Shown here piece after piece: positions 59,979 to 64,000 of a stretch of 64,000 bases of DNA; position 1 is the first letter of the stretch, and every line of letters begins with the position of its first letter. Source of the DNA: Candidatus Methanoperedenaceae archaeon (GTDB lineage: Archaea > Halobacteriota > Methanosarcinia > Methanosarcinales > Methanoperedenaceae). The notes beneath the pieces were generated by a model. That model did not search any database, was not told the DNA's origin, and worked only from the letters and a program-made list of their open reading frames with translations. The DNA is taken from the NCBI GenBank assembly GCA_963753595.1, contig CAVWCX010000006.1:30937-94936 (forward strand), given 5' to 3'. The position numbers were made by a program, and so were the translations under genes.

Positions 59979-61121
59979 TCATAATCTCTTATGAAAATCC
60001 TTTGCACTTCTATGAATCTTTATCCCATGAACCTTACAAAAATTCTCAAGCATCCCGTAAAAAAGCTCATGTTCGTTAGTCCTGATCACAGCTGCGTCAT
60101 GTGCCCGCATCAATATGTCAGGATAATTGCTGCGAATGATACACTCTGCCCTGATAATATCTGCGATCTTATCGACCATGCCCTCTTTATGAACCCATGC
60201 AGGAAATTCCACACGCGCTGGAAGCCCATTGCCTGTCCTCATGTAAAAAAAGCCGATATCGTTCCTGAATCTTCCGTAGTTATCAAGAACGGATCTTGCC
60301 TCCTCGCCGCGCCTGTCATCACGATCGCATAGAAACGCTGCTGTGCGCTCGCCCCATAACATATTAGAAAAAAGATGCGTATCCGGGAGTTTGCTTTTTC
60401 TCAATCCGAAAAGAAAATGCATCATCAGGGTAATGTCCCGTGGCATAGTGGTATCAATGAAACCGATCACAGGGTTTTTTGTTTTTTCCGAAGCTTCAAG
60501 CAGTTTCATTATCGCTTTTACATATATTTCCCGTGTGTTCTTGTTCAGCACATTAATATGTGAAAGAATAAGCGCGCCATCAAGTAGGACAAAGATTTTT
60601 TTATATTCATTCATCAAGCGGACAATTCCATCACATTCCATTGAAAAACGACGCGCATCGACATATTCACTGCTAAAGGAATAAACGCTTGCCGCCTCAA
60701 ATTCATCGGGTGTGATTATCGTTGCATCTGTTTCCTGCTTATAATCCATATTTTCAGTATGCCTGTTAAAAATGCGCGAAATCTGGATCACAGCAAGGGG
60801 TATTTCATAATTCTTATCTGAATATATCTGGCTTCCATCCACTGCTCCCACAGGAACCCCAGAAAGAACGGAATCCACCCATTCCATTGCCGCATTACGG
60901 TTTTTCCAGTTAAATGGGAACGTATGAATGAGTTTTCCCGGCTCAAGAAGCTTCGCGCCGCTATATGATAGAAGATTTTTATTAAGCTCGAGGTTGATTA
61001 TTTTCAATTTGTCAAGTTCAGTCCTATACTCCATTGTCAATTCGGAACGTTCGACATCATATGATTTTATTGCGGAAAGCTTCTCATCGAATTGAATGGA
61101 GATATTTTTTAAGTCGAGCAT
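59979..61121 (-). CDS. nurA: DNA double-strand break repair nuclease NurA
   Basis: AVDGSQI, LLDGAL, ARVEFPAW, YPDILMRAHDAAVI. Confidence 0.9.
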   Translation of the reverse strand: MLDLKNISIQFDEKLSAIKSYDVERSELTMEYRTELDKLKIINLELNKNLLSYSGAKLLEPGKLIHTFPFNWKNRNAAMEWVDSVLSGVPVGAVDGSQIYSDKNYEIPLAVIQISRIFNRHTENMDYKQETDATIITPDEFEAASVYSFSSEYVDARRFSMECDGIVRLMNEYKKIFVLLDGALILSHINVLNKNTREIYVKAIMKLLEASEKTKNPVIGFIDTTMPRDITLMMHFLFGLRKSKLPDTHLFSNMLWGERTAAFLCDRDDRRGEEARSVLDNYGRFRNDIGFFYMRTGNGLPARVEFPAWVHKEGMVDKIADIIRAECIIRSNYPDILMRAHDAAVIRTNEHELFYGMLENFCKVHGIKIHRSAKDFHKRL

Positions 61122-63424
61122 GTTTCAACCCTGCTTTCGCCATCGATCTTCTGGACCTTTATGACATGTGCATATTTCTCATTGAAAGTATCATCATGCG
61201 AAATGACGAAAACCTGTTTAAAACCTTTGATTTTGGTAATTTGTTCTGAGAGGTTCTCACTCCGGAATTCATCCATATTCTGCGTGGGCTCATCAAGGAA
61301 AACAAAATCAGAATTAGACAGGGTTTTCAAAAGCGCAAGTCGCACAGCCAGCGCTGCGCTCATCCTTTCACCTCCACTTAATTGTTGGAATATTTTCTCC
61401 TCACCACTATCAATAATTTTTATCTCGTAATCTTCACTCCAGCGCAATTCCTGGGAAAAGTCGTCCATGATAGAACAGTAAAGGCTGTTAGCCTCTTCCT
61501 CTATCTCTCCTATTAACTCAATTACTATATGCTGTCCTGAATCGCGAAGCGTTTCGCGTATGAACTTCGCATAATCCCTGAAATGCTTTTCATTCTCAAG
61601 CTTTACATCAAGTTCAGCGATGCCGGCGAGATACTTTTCCATTTCTAATATGTCTCGGTTTAACTTTTGTAACTGAGATTCTTTCTCTTTTATTTCAACC
61701 TGGAATCCCCTTACTTTTGCCACCATTTCTTCATACGCGCGCTGGTTTTCCGCAAGGTCTATCTCCTTAAAGCCTTTGCGCATTTCATTGATCCGTTTCT
61801 GCAATTCCTTATATTTTTCTTCACCTTCTACAATTGATTTTTGCAGTTTCTCGAATTCCTTTTTATGTTCTGCGACTCTGGCTGCTAGGTACTGGTTCTG
61901 CAAGTATTTCTGGTAAAATGGCTCAAGATCCTTAATCTGACTCTTTGCGCCAGCTATATCACTATCAAGGGTTCTGTATTCTTCGAGTTTGATCTTGGGA
62001 TCATTTGCAGCATTCTCTTTTTCGGAGAAACTTTCTATTTCCTTGCCAAGTTTTGCAACCTCTTCGATACGGTTTTTGATCAGCGTTTCAAAACCATTTA
62101 CTTTAGTGCGGGGGTCTCCAAGCTTATTTAACTGGGATTCCAGCGTTTTCAGAGAATTCATGGAAACATTAAGATTACTCCTGGCACCCTCGAGTTGTTC
62201 TTTAAAATACTCAGAAAAATCCTTTACAGAATTGCATCTCACATCCTTCATAACGGGACATATGTTCTTGTCATTCGCAATACTCATCCTGCTTTTTATA
62301 TCGCTTATCTCTTTAACAAATATAGCTCGTTCCTGGTTTGATCCCTCTTTTTTTTCTCAAGATCGATCTGTTCTTTGATAAATGGTAATATTGTATTCTT
62401 TTCTTCTGTTTTTTTCTCAATTTCTGCTTTCAATAAATTTATCCGCATTTTTTTATCAGTAAGCAGGGATAGCTCGCTTTGGATTTTGTTCAATTTAACC
62501 ATGAGAACTTCACGATTCTTTCGCAACTCATCGAGTCTTTCCAGGTTCTTTCTTGCTTCCTCGTATTTCTCTTTCATTCCTGAAAGGTCGGAAATGATCT
62601 TTTGCGCATCTTCTGATCTGCCAAGTTCCTCTTTAGTCTTCTTAAGCTGCTGGTTCTGTCCTTCCAGTTTTGCATTCAACCCGTTAATCTCACTATTCAG
62701 TTTTACAAGTTCTTCTTTCTGTTTTCTAAGTGCTTCAAGAATATTTTTTTTCGAATTGAGTGACTCGCTAAATTCTTTCAAAATGATCTTTAAACTCTCT
62801 ACACTGATTTTCAGTTTTTCTCTCTCATCCTTCTTTTTCCCATAGCCCTCTGTTCTGATGCGCAATCCATTGATATCATTTTCAATATTGGTTATTTCCT
62901 TATCGATCAATGCCATCGTGTCTCTCAGGTTGTCATATGCTTTCCTGTATTCCTCTACTTTCGGATCTCATCAAATGTTTTTTCCGCTTTGCTGGCGGAT
63001 TAATGAATGCAGCAGTGAACATTCCCTGAGGCACTCGAACTGCATTTTCAAAAATCCCGGGCAACTCATCAAGACTTGAAAATGGGAACAAATTGTGAGC
63101 TATCCAGGCCGGAACCTCCTTTTTTCCCGTAATATTTGTATCTGGTCCCCTGACAGTGAACTCACCCCCGAGTTTTTTAGTGAGCATGTATATTGCTCCA
63201 TTTGCGAGCACTTCAACAGTCACATAAGCAGAGTTTTCTCCCCGCCGTTTGAAATCTTTTTCGCTATATGGCAGGTAATCGAACAGGACATAACCTATCG
63301 CTTCAAGGATGGTGGTTTTCCCATGCCCATTCAGACCGCAGATGCCGTTAATGCCTTCTTTGAACTCAATTGTTTCATGGCTGTATGATTTAATGTTCTT
63401 TAATTCTACTGATTTAATAAGCAT
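61109..63424 (-). CDS. rad50: Rad50/SbcC SMC-family ATPase (split into three ORFs by frameshifts near 62960-62980 and 62345)
   Basis: NIKSY, GLNGHGKTT (Walker A), PQG Q-loop, long coiled coil, CPVMKDVRC hook, LSGGE signature, FLDEPT, ISHD. Confidence 0.9.
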
Positions 63425-64000
63425 TTAAGAATCCCCTATACGTGAAAGAAGAGTCTGTTGCGCCACTTCTGCTTTACTTTCGTTCACTATTCCTTTACTT
63501 TTGATTTTTTCAAACCCCCATCTCAGTTCCTTCTGGATATCCGCAGGTTCGAACTTCGCGTTGATCTTCTTTTTAATATCGAGAATATTCTTTACGATCT
63601 CTTCTTTATGGTCCCGGTATCTGCTATCATTTTTTACCATGTCGGAAAAAACAAAAAGCTCTATCTGTTCCCGCGTCAGCCCACGCAAGTCCCCAACATT
63701 TACAGCATACTTGGAATTGCTCCTCATTATCTTTACATCTGACCATAGCGGCTTGAATTGTTTTATGACCATGTCCTTTATGCGCTCAAGATTCACGTTG
63801 GATTTCGGGAAGCCCATATCACCATAGAGTATGAGTTCAACAAGAGCATCTTGCTGCAACGTACGTTCACTCTCTATTTTTGAACTTATTTTCGAATATA
63901 GTTCATCAGGAGTAGAGATACCGCTCATGTCGAGTTTGATGCGCCTGACAGGGCGTGTCATTGGTGTTATGAGTTTTGGGCCGCTATCCCTGACATGATA
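63425..64000 (-). CDS. mre11: Mre11/SbcD nuclease, C-terminal part (5' end beyond the window)
   Basis: Frame is open to the window edge; capping-domain-like sequence (RPVRRIKLD...LVELILYG) directly upstream of rad50. Phosphoesterase motifs are not visible. Confidence 0.65.
   Translation of the reverse strand, partial: YHVRDSGPKLITPMTRPVRRIKLDMSGISTPDELYSKISSKIESERTLQQDALVELILYGDMGFPKSNVNLERIKDMVIKQFKPLWSDVKIMRSNSKYAVNVGDLRGLTREQIELFVFSDMVKNDSRYRDHKEEIVKNILDIKKKINAKFEPADIQKELRWGFEKIKSKGIVNESKAEVAQQTLLSRIGDS

Overview
Archaeal chromosomal segment from a Methanosarcinales-type methane-cycling euryarchaeote. The complete mtrEDCBAFGH operon, methanogenesis marker 8, top6AB, Tes-type radical SAM and a PEF-CTERM motif support this; Ca. 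Methanoperedens/ANME-2d is a plausible but unverified guess. Layout: (1) 1-14.3 kb, AT-rich surface-glycan cluster ending at an IS element (14.4-15.8 kb). (2) 16.6-27.8 kb, signalling island with full-length kaiC, two kaiB, a PAS hybrid kinase, receivers, a second kinase and a CheB-CheR fusion. (3) 28-30.4 kb, deletion scar and a pilin-like gene. (4) 30.4-33.7 kb, cupin, an atypical CooS lacking canonical catalytic residues, ferredoxin and ArsR. (5) mtr operon, DUF1646-like gene and marker 8. (6) 42.4-47.2 kb, accessory patch in which a GC-rich ~100-170 bp repeat (3 copies) separates small gene modules (wHTH pair, RelE-type TA pair, membrane protein). (7) top6A/B, Tes, PflX-like, Kef. (8) 56.7-64 kb, mre11-rad50-nurA-(vapBC)-HAS-herA operon with several single-base frameshifts that are probably assembly errors. 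No CRISPR array, rRNA or tRNA was recognised. All product calls come from motif recognition by eye; no database searches were run.
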